DNA of 64,000 bases, taken from positions 1 through 64,000 of IMG/VR virus record IMGVR_UViG_3300001919_000028; one strand, given 5' to 3'. Shown piece by piece: positions 1 through 8,985 of this stretch. Both the position numbers and the translations under genes were made by a program. Below the pieces are notes generated by a model, which worked only from the letters and a program-made list of their open reading frames with translations, was not told the origin of the DNA and searched no databases. Numbering within the stretch: the stretch's first letter is position 1; every line of letters starts with the position of its first letter. This stretch comes from a virus.

Positions 1-41
1 GGGGGTTGCCCCTTTGCGGTAAGGGTTGCAAGGGCAAGCCC
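1..41. repeat. 41-bp GC-rich direct repeat, copy 1 (identical copy at 104-144); contains internal palindromes ccctt..aaggg and ttgccc..gggcaa
   Basis: Exact 41-nt identity between 1-41 and 104-144, read directly; sub-repeats cgccgccccgccgc between the copies. Confidence 0.8.
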
Positions 42-103
42 ACGCCGCCCCGCCGCAAGCCGTCAGCCGCCGCCCCGCCGCCCTGTTTCCGGGCAAGGGG
101 GCC

Positions 104-144
104 GGGGGTTGCCCCTTTGCGGTAAGGGTTGCAAGGGCAAGCCC
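104..144. repeat. 41-bp GC-rich direct repeat, copy 2
   Basis: Identical to 1-41. Confidence 0.8.
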
Positions 145-639
145 CCTTGCAGTCGGCCACGAAAACGGCCTAAAAGTTTTCGAGTATCCCCGAACTAACG
201 GGGCGTCGCCGGTGCCGTGGAGTTAGGCCACGGGTTCGAGATTGTGAAAATCCCCGGAGGTTTGTGCCAATGAGCCTAAACGCGGCTTGCGGAACTGATG
301 GCTATATGGGAAAGTCCCCTGATGGCAAGTAGTGCTGTCTGTTGCCGACACCCAAGGGTGAGCGGCTTTATTATCGAGGCTCCGAGGAGTTGCGATAGCG
401 GACATTAAGGCGCGAAAACCGGACGAGGGCGAGTATCACGAAAACAAGAAAATTCCCCTGAGCGGGTGGTATCAGAAACGATACACATTCCAAGGAATAC
501 TGCAACGGCGTCCATGGGGCATATTGCGCCCATGCGCCGAAATGCAGGGCCCGGAACACCCGCCGGGTTTATCGTTGATTGAGCGCCGGGGCAATCGTCC
601 CGGCGTTCTCTTGAGCGATAAACCACCGCTCAAAAATAC

Positions 640-1533
640 ATGAAAGGGGCATTTCCAATGACCAGAGAAGAAAGCACCGCCAAATTGGCTGAGCTTCGGT
701 CCGCCGCCGAGAACCTGTGCAAGACCTACAATGAGGCCATCCAGAATGGCAAGTATGAGGAGGCGTCCAAGGCCGATGCCGCCATCACCGAAAAGGTGAA
801 TGAGTACACCGCCACCGTCCGCGATATGTGCTTTGCCGAGTGCAAGGCGGCCCCGGACCCCATGCTGAAAGCTGTCCAGATCCTGTCCTTCGTGACCATC
901 GGCGTCAAGGACGAGAAAAAGGGCGACGATAAGGTTCCCGTTCGGTCTATCGTGGAGAAAGAGCGGCAGATCGACCTGCTCAAGCTCCACAAATTCTGCG
1001 GCTCCATCGGGGCCAATGAGAACTGGGCCCATATCGCCATGAAGATGAATTTCCTGCTGACGGCTCAGAAGTGCGTGGATTTGGGTATCGACCCGAAAGC
1101 TGTCAATGACAGCTACTCTATGAGCGAGATCGCCCGCGACTTCGATATGGGCAAAAATCCCACCAGCAAGACCAACCTGCTCCGCACTCTCCAGACTGTC
1201 GTGACCGCAATGCTGGGCGAGGGCTATAAGGCCACCAGCCACGATGTCAACTATCTCATGAGCGTGTACAGCAAGAAGAACCGGGCGGCCCTGACCGTGA
1301 CCTGTGCCAATCACCGGTTTTTCCGGAACTATCTGGCTGAGGTCTGCCACCGTATCGTGACGCCCGGCGCCTGCTACGCGGTGGACTATCGCACGAAGCG
1401 CCAGACCGATGGGGTCGCCGACAAGAAGACCAATGCGCCCAAGGCGGAGAAGCCCGCCGAGAAAAAGGTCAATCAGGCTCCCAAGGCTAAGGCCAAGGCC
1501 GAGGCCAAGACCGAGGAACAGGCCGCCGCGTAA
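640..1533 (+). CDS. Hypothetical protein with Lys/Ala-rich C-terminal tail (KAEKPAEKKVNQAPKAKAKAEAK); possible nucleoid-associated or histone-H1-like DNA-binding protein
   Basis: 297-aa ORF with coding-like composition; the overlapping minus ORF (GLGLGL repeats) is the antisense artefact; basic low-complexity tail. Confidence 0.6.
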   Translation: MKGAFPMTREESTAKLAELRSAAENLCKTYNEAIQNGKYEEASKADAAITEKVNEYTATVRDMCFAECKAAPDPMLKAVQILSFVTIGVKDEKKGDDKVPVRSIVEKERQIDLLKLHKFCGSIGANENWAHIAMKMNFLLTAQKCVDLGIDPKAVNDSYSMSEIARDFDMGKNPTSKTNLLRTLQTVVTAMLGEGYKATSHDVNYLMSVYSKKNRAALTVTCANHRFFRNYLAEVCHRIVTPGACYAVDYRTKRQTDGVADKKTNAPKAEKPAEKKVNQAPKAKAKAEAKTEEQAAA

Positions 1534-1719
1534 TCGCGGCGGTTTCCCTCTCCCTAAAACCACCCTGACGAGTCTTTGAGAATTAAGACGAAACCGCCCT
1601 AAAGGGCGGTCGGTGGAGTGCCATACGATGGACGCGGTTTTTGCCTGTCGTCCGAGTACGGGATTGCTTTTGCCCTCGTTTTGATATGAGGGTTCTGGCC
1701 CCGTCAGGTATTGGTCAAA

Positions 1720-1982
1720 TGGAGTTTGATGAACAGCTCCACCTAAACGAGTTTGAAAGCGGTGATATTGTGACCAAGTTTGAGCAGGTCGGCGTGAGTT
1801 TCCAGAATGACGCCACGAACAAGCGCGAGGCCAACCGGAGTTTTCAGTATTCGTGCCGGGTCTGCTGTGAACGCGGCATAAGGATCGAGTGTGACCGTTG
1901 CGCTATCGCTGCTGTCCACGCCGCCAACATCGCCGCTTTCGATACCATGCAGTCCGGTTTCCCAAAAATGGATAGGAGGTAA
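1720..1982 (+). CDS. Hypothetical small protein (Cys-containing); weak start signal
   Basis: ORF-track frame, internal ATG (MEFDEQ..); no clear RBS. Confidence 0.3.
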
Positions 1983-1988
1983 ATAAGA

Positions 1989-2156
1989 ATGTCCGAACGT
2001 GAAATGAGGGCTGTCCTGTACAGCGAGAAATGCGCCCGCCGCAATCAGCGGAAGCGCCGCCGCCGCAACGCCAGGATTTCCAAGCTGATCGGGTACGGTC
2101 TGCCGTTCTCCATCGGTTGTCTGGTGATGGCCGGTTTCGTGGCGGTCTTGGTTTGA
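1989..2156 (+). CDS. Small protein (55 aa) with Arg-rich N-terminal segment and C-terminal transmembrane helix
   Basis: ATG preceded by AGGAGG RBS; hydrophobic C-terminus; below the ORF-track size cutoff. Confidence 0.45.
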   Translation: MSEREMRAVLYSEKCARRNQRKRRRRNARISKLIGYGLPFSIGCLVMAGFVAVLV

Positions 2157-2163
2157 CCGTAAT

Positions 2164-2238
2164 GGCCCGGTAGTCAAGCGGTTAAGACGCCGGCCTTTCA
2201 CGCCGGAGGCATGGGTTCGACTCCCATCCGGGTCACCA
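2164..2238 (+). tRNA. tRNA-Glu (anticodon TTC), CCA encoded
   Basis: Cloverleaf folded by eye: acceptor GGCCCGG/CCGGGTC, anticodon stem CCGGC/GCCGG, loop CTTTCAC, T-loop GGTTCGACTCC. Confidence 0.8.
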
Positions 2239-2274
2239 TCCCAAAAACTCAAATGATTTATGAGGAGGAGTATC

Positions 2275-2463
2275 ATGGAGTTTAATTCGTTCGCTGAGCT
2301 GGGGCGCTATATGAAGATCGCGCCGCCGGTTTCCGAGTCCGCGCCCCGTCCCCGTAAGTGCCGCAAGTGCGGCGCTGATATGGAGTTCATCGCCGGAACC
2401 AATGTTTTCGTCTGCACGGGCGAGAACTGCAACGCCACCGGTATCGCAACCGTTCATCGCTGA
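2275..2463 (+). CDS. Small zinc-ribbon protein (CxxC…C…C)
   Basis: GAGGAGG RBS then ATG; Cys pairs KCRKCG…CTGENC. Confidence 0.5.
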   Translation: MEFNSFAELGRYMKIAPPVSESAPRPRKCRKCGADMEFIAGTNVFVCTGENCNATGIATVHR

Positions 2464-2478
2464 GGGGGAGGTCTGCCG

Positions 2479-2628
2479 ATGTATCAGCACGAGTTCTACG
2501 AAAACGCCCGGACGGGCGAAAAGACGTTCAGCCGGTCTGTGGCTGAGCGCTGGGTTTCCCAGGGTTTCCGGGTATGGCACCATCACTCCGATGGCGGCAC
2601 CACCTACATGGGCGACTACTGGGGTTGA
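2479..2628 (+). CDS. Small hypothetical protein (49 aa)
   Basis: GGGGGAG RBS then ATG; short ORF. Confidence 0.3.
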   Translation: MYQHEFYENARTGEKTFSRSVAERWVSQGFRVWHHHSDGGTTYMGDYWG

Positions 2629-2632
2629 GCCT

Positions 2633-2791
2633 ATGGTCCGCAAGTTTCTGATGGCCGTTCTGTTCGCGGTCCTGTTCCCGTTCTATCTGTGTTCCTTTGG
2701 TATTGCGAGTCTGTTTCTTCCCCGGTATGCGGAAGATATGGAAACGCCCGGAGAAATGGTCGGCCTGTTATTCGAGGAATTGGCCGCATAA
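2633..2791 (+). CDS. Small hydrophobic membrane protein (52 aa)
   Basis: ATG directly after the upstream stop; transmembrane-like sequence. Confidence 0.3.
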   Translation: MVRKFLMAVLFAVLFPFYLCSFGIASLFLPRYAEDMETPGEMVGLLFEELAA

Positions 2792-2992
2792 AACCGCAGT
2801 TTGTTGAGCTGCGTATAACACTGTGTTTTCTTTCCTCCATTTTTCTTGCATATGGTTGGTGCGCCGTAACCTGGGGAGCGGCGGTAAACGAGGTGGGAGG
2901 CCAACCGCTCTAATGCAGCCGTCGGCGGTCACAAGCCCGCGTGAGAAATGCAGAGTGGGGTTTGGTATCAGCGGCCTTGTAAATCTACAACA

Positions 2993-3021
2993 TTGACACA
3001 AGGGTTTTGCCCGATTATACT
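2993..3021 (+). promoter_or_regulatory. Sigma-70-type consensus promoter TTGACA-N17-TATACT
   Basis: Perfect -35 (2993-2998), 17-nt spacer, TATACT (3016-3021) upstream of the 3080 gene. Confidence 0.6.
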
Positions 3022-3079
3022 GTAATAGGGTTTCACAAGCCACATATCAGACCGGTTCCTATCCACGGGAGGTGAGAGT

Positions 3080-3466
3080 TTGCGAGAGACTGAGGAGTTT
3101 GACGAGGAGCAGTTTGAGGATGAAGATTTCGCGGAAGTAGACGCTCTGATTGAGTATCTGCAATCGTTGCCGCGACATGAGGTTTCCATTCTCAATCCTG
3201 ACCGCGTCCAACAGTTGCGGTTTTCCGGTGCGATGATGAAGAAGATACTTCGCCAGACCGGGAGCAAAGCAAAGATCGAGTGCAGACAGCACGAGTTTGA
3301 GCCGAATGTCGGCGTGGTTCGGATCGAGGGTGTGGCTCTTGATATTGCCGACATGGACGGGTTCAATAAGGCGGCTCAGTTCGCCGATAACACGGAGATT
3401 TACCCGCTGAGGGAGAACAAAGTCAGAATGACATTCACATTCCACAATCTGCTGACTCCCCTCTGA
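3080..3466 (+). CDS. Hypothetical acidic protein (TTG start)
   Basis: GGGAGG RBS, own promoter upstream and intrinsic terminator downstream. Confidence 0.55.
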   Translation: MRETEEFDEEQFEDEDFAEVDALIEYLQSLPRHEVSILNPDRVQQLRFSGAMMKKILRQTGSKAKIECRQHEFEPNVGVVRIEGVALDIADMDGFNKAAQFADNTEIYPLRENKVRMTFTFHNLLTPL

Positions 3467-3490
3467 TACAATTTCATATCGTGATGAATG

Positions 3491-3517
3491 ACCACCGGTT
3501 TTCGCCGGTGGTTTTTT
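3491..3517 (+). terminator. Rho-independent terminator (ACCACCGG-ttttcg-CCGGTGGT + T6)
   Basis: GC stem followed by U-run immediately after the stop. Confidence 0.7.
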
Positions 3518-3821
3518 CATACTCAAAGCGAGGTTCGAGGCCGCGAGGCTGGCACGGTACGATTCCGTGGGGCGGGTTTCCGCCTAACGCTCAGACCCTA
3601 CACCGGCGAGGTAGGTAAGGAGGCATCCAAATCCAGAAGCTGATGTGGGGCGCAGCCGTCTGCGAGAGTGTGCGGAGCATGGGGCCTGGTTTTAGTGGTC
3701 AAGTGGAGGAAATGCTGTCTCTGCGTGGGGTTTTGGGAATGGAACGTGCATCCTTGGAAGCTGGAGTGGATATGACGCCGGGGTCATGGCCGGTGGACAT
3801 TGAGGTAAAACTTCCCCCCAT

Positions 3822-3897
3822 GCGCCAATAGCTCAGTTGGTAGAGCATCGCCCTTTTAAGGCGGGTGTCGCAGGTTCGAGCCTTGCTTGGCGCACCA
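3822..3897 (+). tRNA. tRNA-Lys (anticodon TTT), CCA encoded
   Basis: Acceptor GCGCCAA/TTGGCGC, anticodon loop CTTTTAA, T-loop GGTTCGAGCC. Confidence 0.85.
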
Positions 3898-3919
3898 ATT
3901 AAATTTCTGGAGGTGTGTA

Positions 3920-4047
3920 TGGATCGGTATGAGTTCAGATGGGTTCGCGGTCATGTGGAGGTATTTCTCGACGGTGAATTTCTGTTTTCCGCCGATACCA
4001 TCCACGAAGCGGAACAGGAGTTAGAGAGTGCCGGTGATGCCGCGTGA
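3920..4047 (+). CDS. Small hypothetical protein (42 aa)
   Basis: GGAGGTG RBS then ATG; the ORF-track upstream extension overlaps tRNA-Lys. Confidence 0.3.
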
Positions 4048-4197
4048 AAGAGTGCGCCACCGTCTCCGGTATCTGTCCGACCTGCGGGCTCGTTCTCCTG
4101 CTTTTTGGTGAGTTCGAGTTCGACCAAAACGGCAACACCGAAGTCTGCCAGTGTGATAACTGTGAAAGTGAGGTGCAGTTGCGGAGGGAGGAGCCGT

Positions 4198-4488
4198 ATG
4201 AATAAGTTTGAGTTGGTGAGCGGTATCGCCGAAAGAGCGGGCGTCTCCAAACGGCTTGCGGAAAAGTGTTTGGACGCCGCGCTGGAGACCGTTGCCGCCG
4301 CGCTGGAGTCCGGCGACCGTGTGCAGCTCGTCGGGTTCGGAACATTCGAGGCTAAGACTATGGCCGCAAAGGTTGGCCGCAATCCAAAGACCAACGAGGA
4401 AGTCCCCATCCCGGCCAGGAGGTCCCCGGTATTCAAGGCCGGGAAGTATCTCAAAGACCGGGTATCAAAACAGCAAGTCCAGGGCTGA
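4198..4488 (+). CDS. hup: HU/IHF-family histone-like DNA-binding protein
   Basis: MNKFELVSGIAE…GDRVQLVGFGTFE…GRNPKTNEEVPIPAR matches the bacterial HU fold signature; GGAGGG RBS. Confidence 0.9.
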   Translation: MNKFELVSGIAERAGVSKRLAEKCLDAALETVAAALESGDRVQLVGFGTFEAKTMAAKVGRNPKTNEEVPIPARRSPVFKAGKYLKDRVSKQQVQG

Positions 4489-4604
4489 GCCCTGTTTTTG
4501 CACCACATAGGGAAACGGCGCAGATGCAGTGCATTGGGGCGCCGGTCGCAGGCTGTTCGCCGAGGGTTTCTGCCTGCAATCTAAAAATTAAAGGAGCAAA
4601 GTTT

Positions 4605-5252
4605 ATGAGCACTACCGAGAAGATGACTGTCCATAAGGCTCTCGTCGAGTTGAAGACTCTGGACAGCCGCATTTCCAAGGCAACTACCGAGGTTCCCTTC
4701 GTCCTCGCCAATAAGCACGCCAACACCAAGATCTCCGGTATTCCGGTTTCGGAATACTGCGAGAACATGAAGTCCGCCTATCAGCGGGTGCGTGACCTCA
4801 TTGCCCGGCGCGACGCCATCAAGCGGGCTGTGGTCATGTCCAACGCCACCACCAAGGTCACCATCGGTTCCGACGAGTTCACCGTCGCCGAGGCCATCGA
4901 GATGAAGAACCACGGCATCGGGTACTACCAGTCCCTGCTGAACGTCATGAGCAACAGCTACCGGCGGGCGCAGCGCGACGCCGACGTGAACAACGGCGAT
5001 GCCCTGGAGGAGCGAGCGGACGAGTATATCAAGAGTATGTACGGCAACGCCACCGATCTCAAGAACCTGACCGAAGACATCAAGCGTGTCCGGGCCGACT
5101 TCATCGCCGCTCAGACCTACGAGCTGGTTGACCCCATCAAGGTCAAGGAGCAGATGGAGTCCTTGGAGAGCGACATCAGCACCTTCATGGTCGAGGTGGA
5201 CGCGGCCCTGTCCGTGTCCAACGCCATCACGGAGATCGAGATCGAGTATTAA
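4605..5252 (+). CDS. Hypothetical protein (215 aa)
   Basis: AAGGAG RBS then ATG; coding-like composition. Confidence 0.6.
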   Translation: MSTTEKMTVHKALVELKTLDSRISKATTEVPFVLANKHANTKISGIPVSEYCENMKSAYQRVRDLIARRDAIKRAVVMSNATTKVTIGSDEFTVAEAIEMKNHGIGYYQSLLNVMSNSYRRAQRDADVNNGDALEERADEYIKSMYGNATDLKNLTEDIKRVRADFIAAQTYELVDPIKVKEQMESLESDISTFMVEVDAALSVSNAITEIEIEY

Positions 5253-5380
5253 CCAGGCAAATCACCTCGCTGTCACCCGAAAACCCTGAACCATATTCCT
5301 TCTCTGTTTGAGCGCGATACAGATAAGTAAAGTAAAAAAGAACCGCGCAACTTTTGGACTGATTATCCAAAATCAAGATG

Positions 5381-5411
5381 AAAAACTTTTGCTTTGGGTG
5401 CAAAAAGTTTT
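5381..5411. repeat. Imperfect palindrome AAAAACTTTTGC-N7-GCAAAAAGTTTT in a 450-bp AT-rich intergenic region
   Basis: Inverted repeat seen directly; a related motif recurs at 20317-20350. Confidence 0.5.
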
Positions 5412-5709
5412 GTAACAACACTTTCCACCTGAATTGGGAGGTGCCTATTACAAATAGTTGTTTTGGCGGGCAGAGTGAGACCCGCCTCTCCGGCTGTAAA
5501 GCTCAAGGCTCAACACTCAATGCTGAAAGATAAAAGTTAAAAGCTCTTCTTTTTGGATCAAAGTTCAACAGTAAAAGCACAAAGTTCTAACGGTTTATCA
5601 AACCCAGGACGAATGGTTTATCGGGTGAATATGTGGCCGTAGGGATTACCACCTGGCTGGGTGGCAGCGAGTTGATTTTATATACGGCTGGGGAAACCCA
5701 GCCGATCAT

Positions 5710-5785
5710 GGGGATATAGCTCAGTTGGGAGAGCACCTGCTTTGCACGCAGGGGGTCGCCGGTTCAAGTCCGACTATCTCCACCA
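5710..5785 (+). tRNA. tRNA-Ala (anticodon TGC), CCA encoded
   Basis: GGGGATA acceptor with G3:U70, anticodon loop TTTGCAC, T-loop GGTTCAAGTCC. Confidence 0.85.
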
Positions 5786-5812
5786 TCCAAAATTGTATAA
5801 GGAGGAAATACA

Positions 5813-7852
5813 ATGGAGTTTAAGGAGTTCAAGGCAAAGTTCCAGAGACATTTCGCCCAAATGGTCTCCGACGGCCAGCGGCTGTTCGAGGTCGCCGTGG
5901 ACAAGGATGAACTCTGGAACCTGTATCTCGACAGCTTCCCGGCGGGAACGAACGAGATCTACCGCAAGCGCAGGGAGCATGACTGCTCCTGCTGCCGCCA
6001 GTTCATCCGGAATATCGGCAGTGCTGTCATCATCAAGGACAACAAAGTCCACACCCTGTGGGAGTTCGACACTGGCAGCCCTGCGTATCAGCCCGTGGTC
6101 GATGCTCTGGACGCCTACATCAAGGCGCACGCCGTCACCGGTCTGTATCTGACCAAGGTTGCCAAGATCGGCACCGACAAGAACTACGAAACCGCCGAAG
6201 ATGGCCGGGTCACCACATGGGATCACTTCTACCTGGAGCTTCCCCGTACCCTGGTGGAGCGCTCTGGCCGCTCTCTCGGTGACATCCAAAACGACTTCTG
6301 CACCAACAAGCAGGTGTTCAAGCGTTCTCTGGATGAAATCACCCAGGACGCCGTCGATACGGTCCTGGAGCTGATCGCTCAGAACTCCATCTATCGCGGC
6401 AGCGAGTGGAAAGTGGCACTGACCAACTTCCGCACGCTCCAGCGCAAGTATGCCGAGGTCCCTGATGAACTCAAGGACAACTTCGCCTGGGAGCAGTCCA
6501 TCAAGTCCGGTCCCGCCGTCACCCGTATCCGCAACCACAGCATGGGTACTCTGCTGGTCAACATCAGTTCCGGTATGGAACTGGACGAGGCGGTCCGCAA
6601 GTACGAGGCCATCGTCGCCCCGGAGAACTACAAGCGGCCCAAGGCCATCTATACCAAGCGGATGCTGGACGACGCCAAAAAGACCATCACCGACCTGGGC
6701 TATCTGCCCTCTCTGGAGAGGCGGTTCGCCACTCTGGACGACATCACCGTCAATAATATCCTGTTCTCCAACAAGGACGCCGCCAAGCGTATCGGCGGCA
6801 GTGTGTTCGACAAGATGGAGCAGGATGTGGCCGTCAATCCCAAGAAGTTCACCAAGGTGCAGGAGGTTCCGGCTGAGGAGTTCGTCAAGAACGTCCTGCC
6901 TACCGCAAACACCGTGGAGGTGCTTCTGGAGAACCGGCACATCACCAATCTCATGTCCCTTATCGCTCCTGTTCACCCCGACGCGCCTAGTATGTTCAAG
7001 TGGAACAACGGTTTTAGCTGGGCGTACACCGGAAACATGACTGACAGCTCCATGCGGGACAACGTCAAGGCTGCCGGCGGCAAGGTGGACGGAGTCCTCC
7101 GCTTCTCTATCCAGTGGAATGACGGCAGCGACTATGACCGCAACGACCTGGACGCCCACTGTGAAACGCCGAGAGACCACATCTACTTCGGCCACAAGCG
7201 GTGCCAGGCCACCGACGGCAGGCTGGATGTGGACATCATCGACCCGGCCAAGGGACACCCCGCCGTCGAGAATATCACATGGGCAAGCACGGATAAAATG
7301 TGCGCCGGAACGTACATATTCTTCGTCCACTGCTACTCCAACCGTGGAGGCAAGAGCGGGTTCCGGGCGGAAATCGAGTTCAACGGCACAATCTATGCCT
7401 ATGACTACAACAAGCCTCTCCGCCACGGTGAAAAGGTGGAGGTCGCTGTCGTTCAGTACGACGGTCACGGCGGCTTCACGATCCGGGAGCTTCTGCCGTC
7501 CACCACATCAAGCCGTGAGGTGTGGGGCCTGAACTCCAACCAGTTCGTTCCCGTTTCTGTCATTAGCTACTCTCCCAACTATTGGGACGAGCAGACCGGC
7601 ATCGGCAACCGGCACTACTTCTTCTTCCTCAAGGGGTGTGTGAACCCGGACAAGCCCAACGGCTTCTACAACGAGTTCATCAAGCCTGAGCTGGAGAAAC
7701 ACAAGCGGGTATTTGAGGCGTTGGGCAGCCAGATGGCAGTCCAGGACTCCCCCGACCAGCTCTCCGGCCTGGGCTTCTCGTCTACCAAGCGCAACGACCT
7801 GCTGGTGCGTGTCACCGGCGCTTCTGAGCGGATCATCCGCATCAAATTTTAA
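5813..7852 (+). CDS. Large hypothetical protein (679 aa) with N-terminal HDCSCC cysteine cluster; function unknown
   Basis: Long ORF with AGGAGG RBS; the opposing 564-aa minus ORF is the antisense artefact. Confidence 0.65.
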   Translation: MEFKEFKAKFQRHFAQMVSDGQRLFEVAVDKDELWNLYLDSFPAGTNEIYRKRREHDCSCCRQFIRNIGSAVIIKDNKVHTLWEFDTGSPAYQPVVDALDAYIKAHAVTGLYLTKVAKIGTDKNYETAEDGRVTTWDHFYLELPRTLVERSGRSLGDIQNDFCTNKQVFKRSLDEITQDAVDTVLELIAQNSIYRGSEWKVALTNFRTLQRKYAEVPDELKDNFAWEQSIKSGPAVTRIRNHSMGTLLVNISSGMELDEAVRKYEAIVAPENYKRPKAIYTKRMLDDAKKTITDLGYLPSLERRFATLDDITVNNILFSNKDAAKRIGGSVFDKMEQDVAVNPKKFTKVQEVPAEEFVKNVLPTANTVEVLLENRHITNLMSLIAPVHPDAPSMFKWNNGFSWAYTGNMTDSSMRDNVKAAGGKVDGVLRFSIQWNDGSDYDRNDLDAHCETPRDHIYFGHKRCQATDGRLDVDIIDPAKGHPAVENITWASTDKMCAGTYIFFVHCYSNRGGKSGFRAEIEFNGTIYAYDYNKPLRHGEKVEVAVVQYDGHGGFTIRELLPSTTSSREVWGLNSNQFVPVSVISYSPNYWDEQTGIGNRHYFFFLKGCVNPDKPNGFYNEFIKPELEKHKRVFEALGSQMAVQDSPDQLSGLGFSSTKRNDLLVRVTGASERIIRIKF

Positions 7853-7866
7853 CGGAGGTAACAACC

Positions 7867-8232
7867 ATGTTTGAAACTGCTGTTCGTAACAAGTATCGCT
7901 TCCCCTTCCGTGGTCAGGTTTCTGTGGAAGACCTGTGGGACCTGTCCCTCACCAATCTGGACAGCGTTTTCAAGACGCTGAACGCTCAGAAGAAGCAGGA
8001 GAGCGAGGAGAGCCTGCTGTCCGAGCGGTCCGCCGCCGACACCGAGCTGGAAACCAAGATCGCCATCGTCCGGCACATCGTCGCCGTGAAGCTGGCCGAG
8101 CGTGACGCGGCCAAGTCCGCCAAGGAGAAGCGTGAGCGCGACCAGCGCATCATGGAGATCATCGCGGCCAAGCAGGACGAAGCCCTCCAGGGCAAGTCCA
8201 TCGAGGAGCTCCAGGCGATGCTCGGTAAGTAA
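7867..8232 (+). CDS. Hypothetical coiled-coil protein
   Basis: RBS GGAGGTAACAACC then ATG; charged heptad-like sequence. Confidence 0.55.
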   Translation: MFETAVRNKYRFPFRGQVSVEDLWDLSLTNLDSVFKTLNAQKKQESEESLLSERSAADTELETKIAIVRHIVAVKLAERDAAKSAKEKRERDQRIMEIIAAKQDEALQGKSIEELQAMLGK

Positions 8233-8240
8233 CAAGGGTT

Positions 8241-8270
8241 GAGGGGCCGTCCATGCGGCCCCTCTTCTTA
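8241..8270 (+). terminator. Rho-independent terminator (GAGGGGCCG-loop-CGGCCCCTC + TTCTT)
   Basis: 9-bp GC stem after the stop. Confidence 0.6.
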
Positions 8271-8294
8271 AAGCAGCGAAAGGGTGATAACAAT

Positions 8295-8627
8295 ATGTGG
8301 TTCTTGAAAGTATTGCTCACGCTCGACATCATCGTTGCAGTGGCTTTCATCGCTTTGTTCATCACCTTTCTCTGCAAGGTGATATATTTGTTCTATGATA
8401 AGCACCCAGGTTTCAAGAGCGCGGACTGCCCCGGCAAAAAGAAACTTCTATGGCCCGATAAAGTCATCATGGCCGTAAAGATTTTGTTTGTTGCTTTCTG
8501 TCCAGTCATCAATGTCCTTGGATGCTATGTCGTGGTTTCAGACTTCGATGTTTTGTGCGACAATGTGCTTCATTCGACTGAGGAGGTTTTCGGTCTTATC
8601 TCTCAAGAGGTGACAGGCCATGATTGA
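8295..8627 (+). CDS. Membrane protein (lower-GC island)
   Basis: Transmembrane segments; GC visibly lower than the surroundings. Confidence 0.5.
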   Translation: MWFLKVLLTLDIIVAVAFIALFITFLCKVIYLFYDKHPGFKSADCPGKKKLLWPDKVIMAVKILFVAFCPVINVLGCYVVVSDFDVLCDNVLHSTEEVFGLISQEVTGHD

Positions 8628-8985
8628 TACAAAGGCTTTGCTCGACCGTGACATCTATGTGTACTGCGAAACAGAGGCACAGGCGGTAGAACTGCTGACA
8701 GCCATGGAAAAAGAGGGGTATCAGTGGAACTCCGGTGAACACATAGCTGGGAATTATATGTGGATGGGCTACGACGACTTTGTCGCCTATCATTTCCGCC
8801 CGAACAAAAAAGTAACCAGGTATGTGACAAGCAGAAGCTATGAGGATTTCCTCGAAGACACGTTCCTTTCTGCGAATTACCCGGATGCTGAACGTATCCA
8901 CGTCAGCGACGTCTGCGATACAGAGCTTGAGACGGCAAGCGACGAGGAACTTTTCTTGCTTCTCGGAATGGGGGTAATGCAATGA
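8620..8985 (+). CDS. Hypothetical protein (lower-GC island)
   Basis: ATG overlaps the upstream stop (ATGATTGA). Confidence 0.5.
   Translation: MIDTKALLDRDIYVYCETEAQAVELLTAMEKEGYQWNSGEHIAGNYMWMGYDDFVAYHFRPNKKVTRYVTSRSYEDFLEDTFLSANYPDAERIHVSDVCDTELETASDEELFLLLGMGVMQ

Noticed and set aside
472-1563. 363-aa minus-strand ORF (GLGLGLGL-rich) overlapping the 640-1533 + gene
   Set aside because: Low-complexity antisense reading of the KAKAKA-coding tail in high-GC DNA. The + ORF has the coding-like composition; there is no RBS or start context on the minus strand.
1743-2276. 177-aa minus-strand ORF spanning tRNA-Glu
   Set aside because: Overlaps a confidently folded tRNA and the RBS-supported small + ORF; antisense artefact.
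5774-7468. 564-aa minus-strand ORF opposite the 679-aa + gene
   Set aside because: Typical high-GC antisense open frame. The + frame has the RBS and fits the co-directional operon layout.
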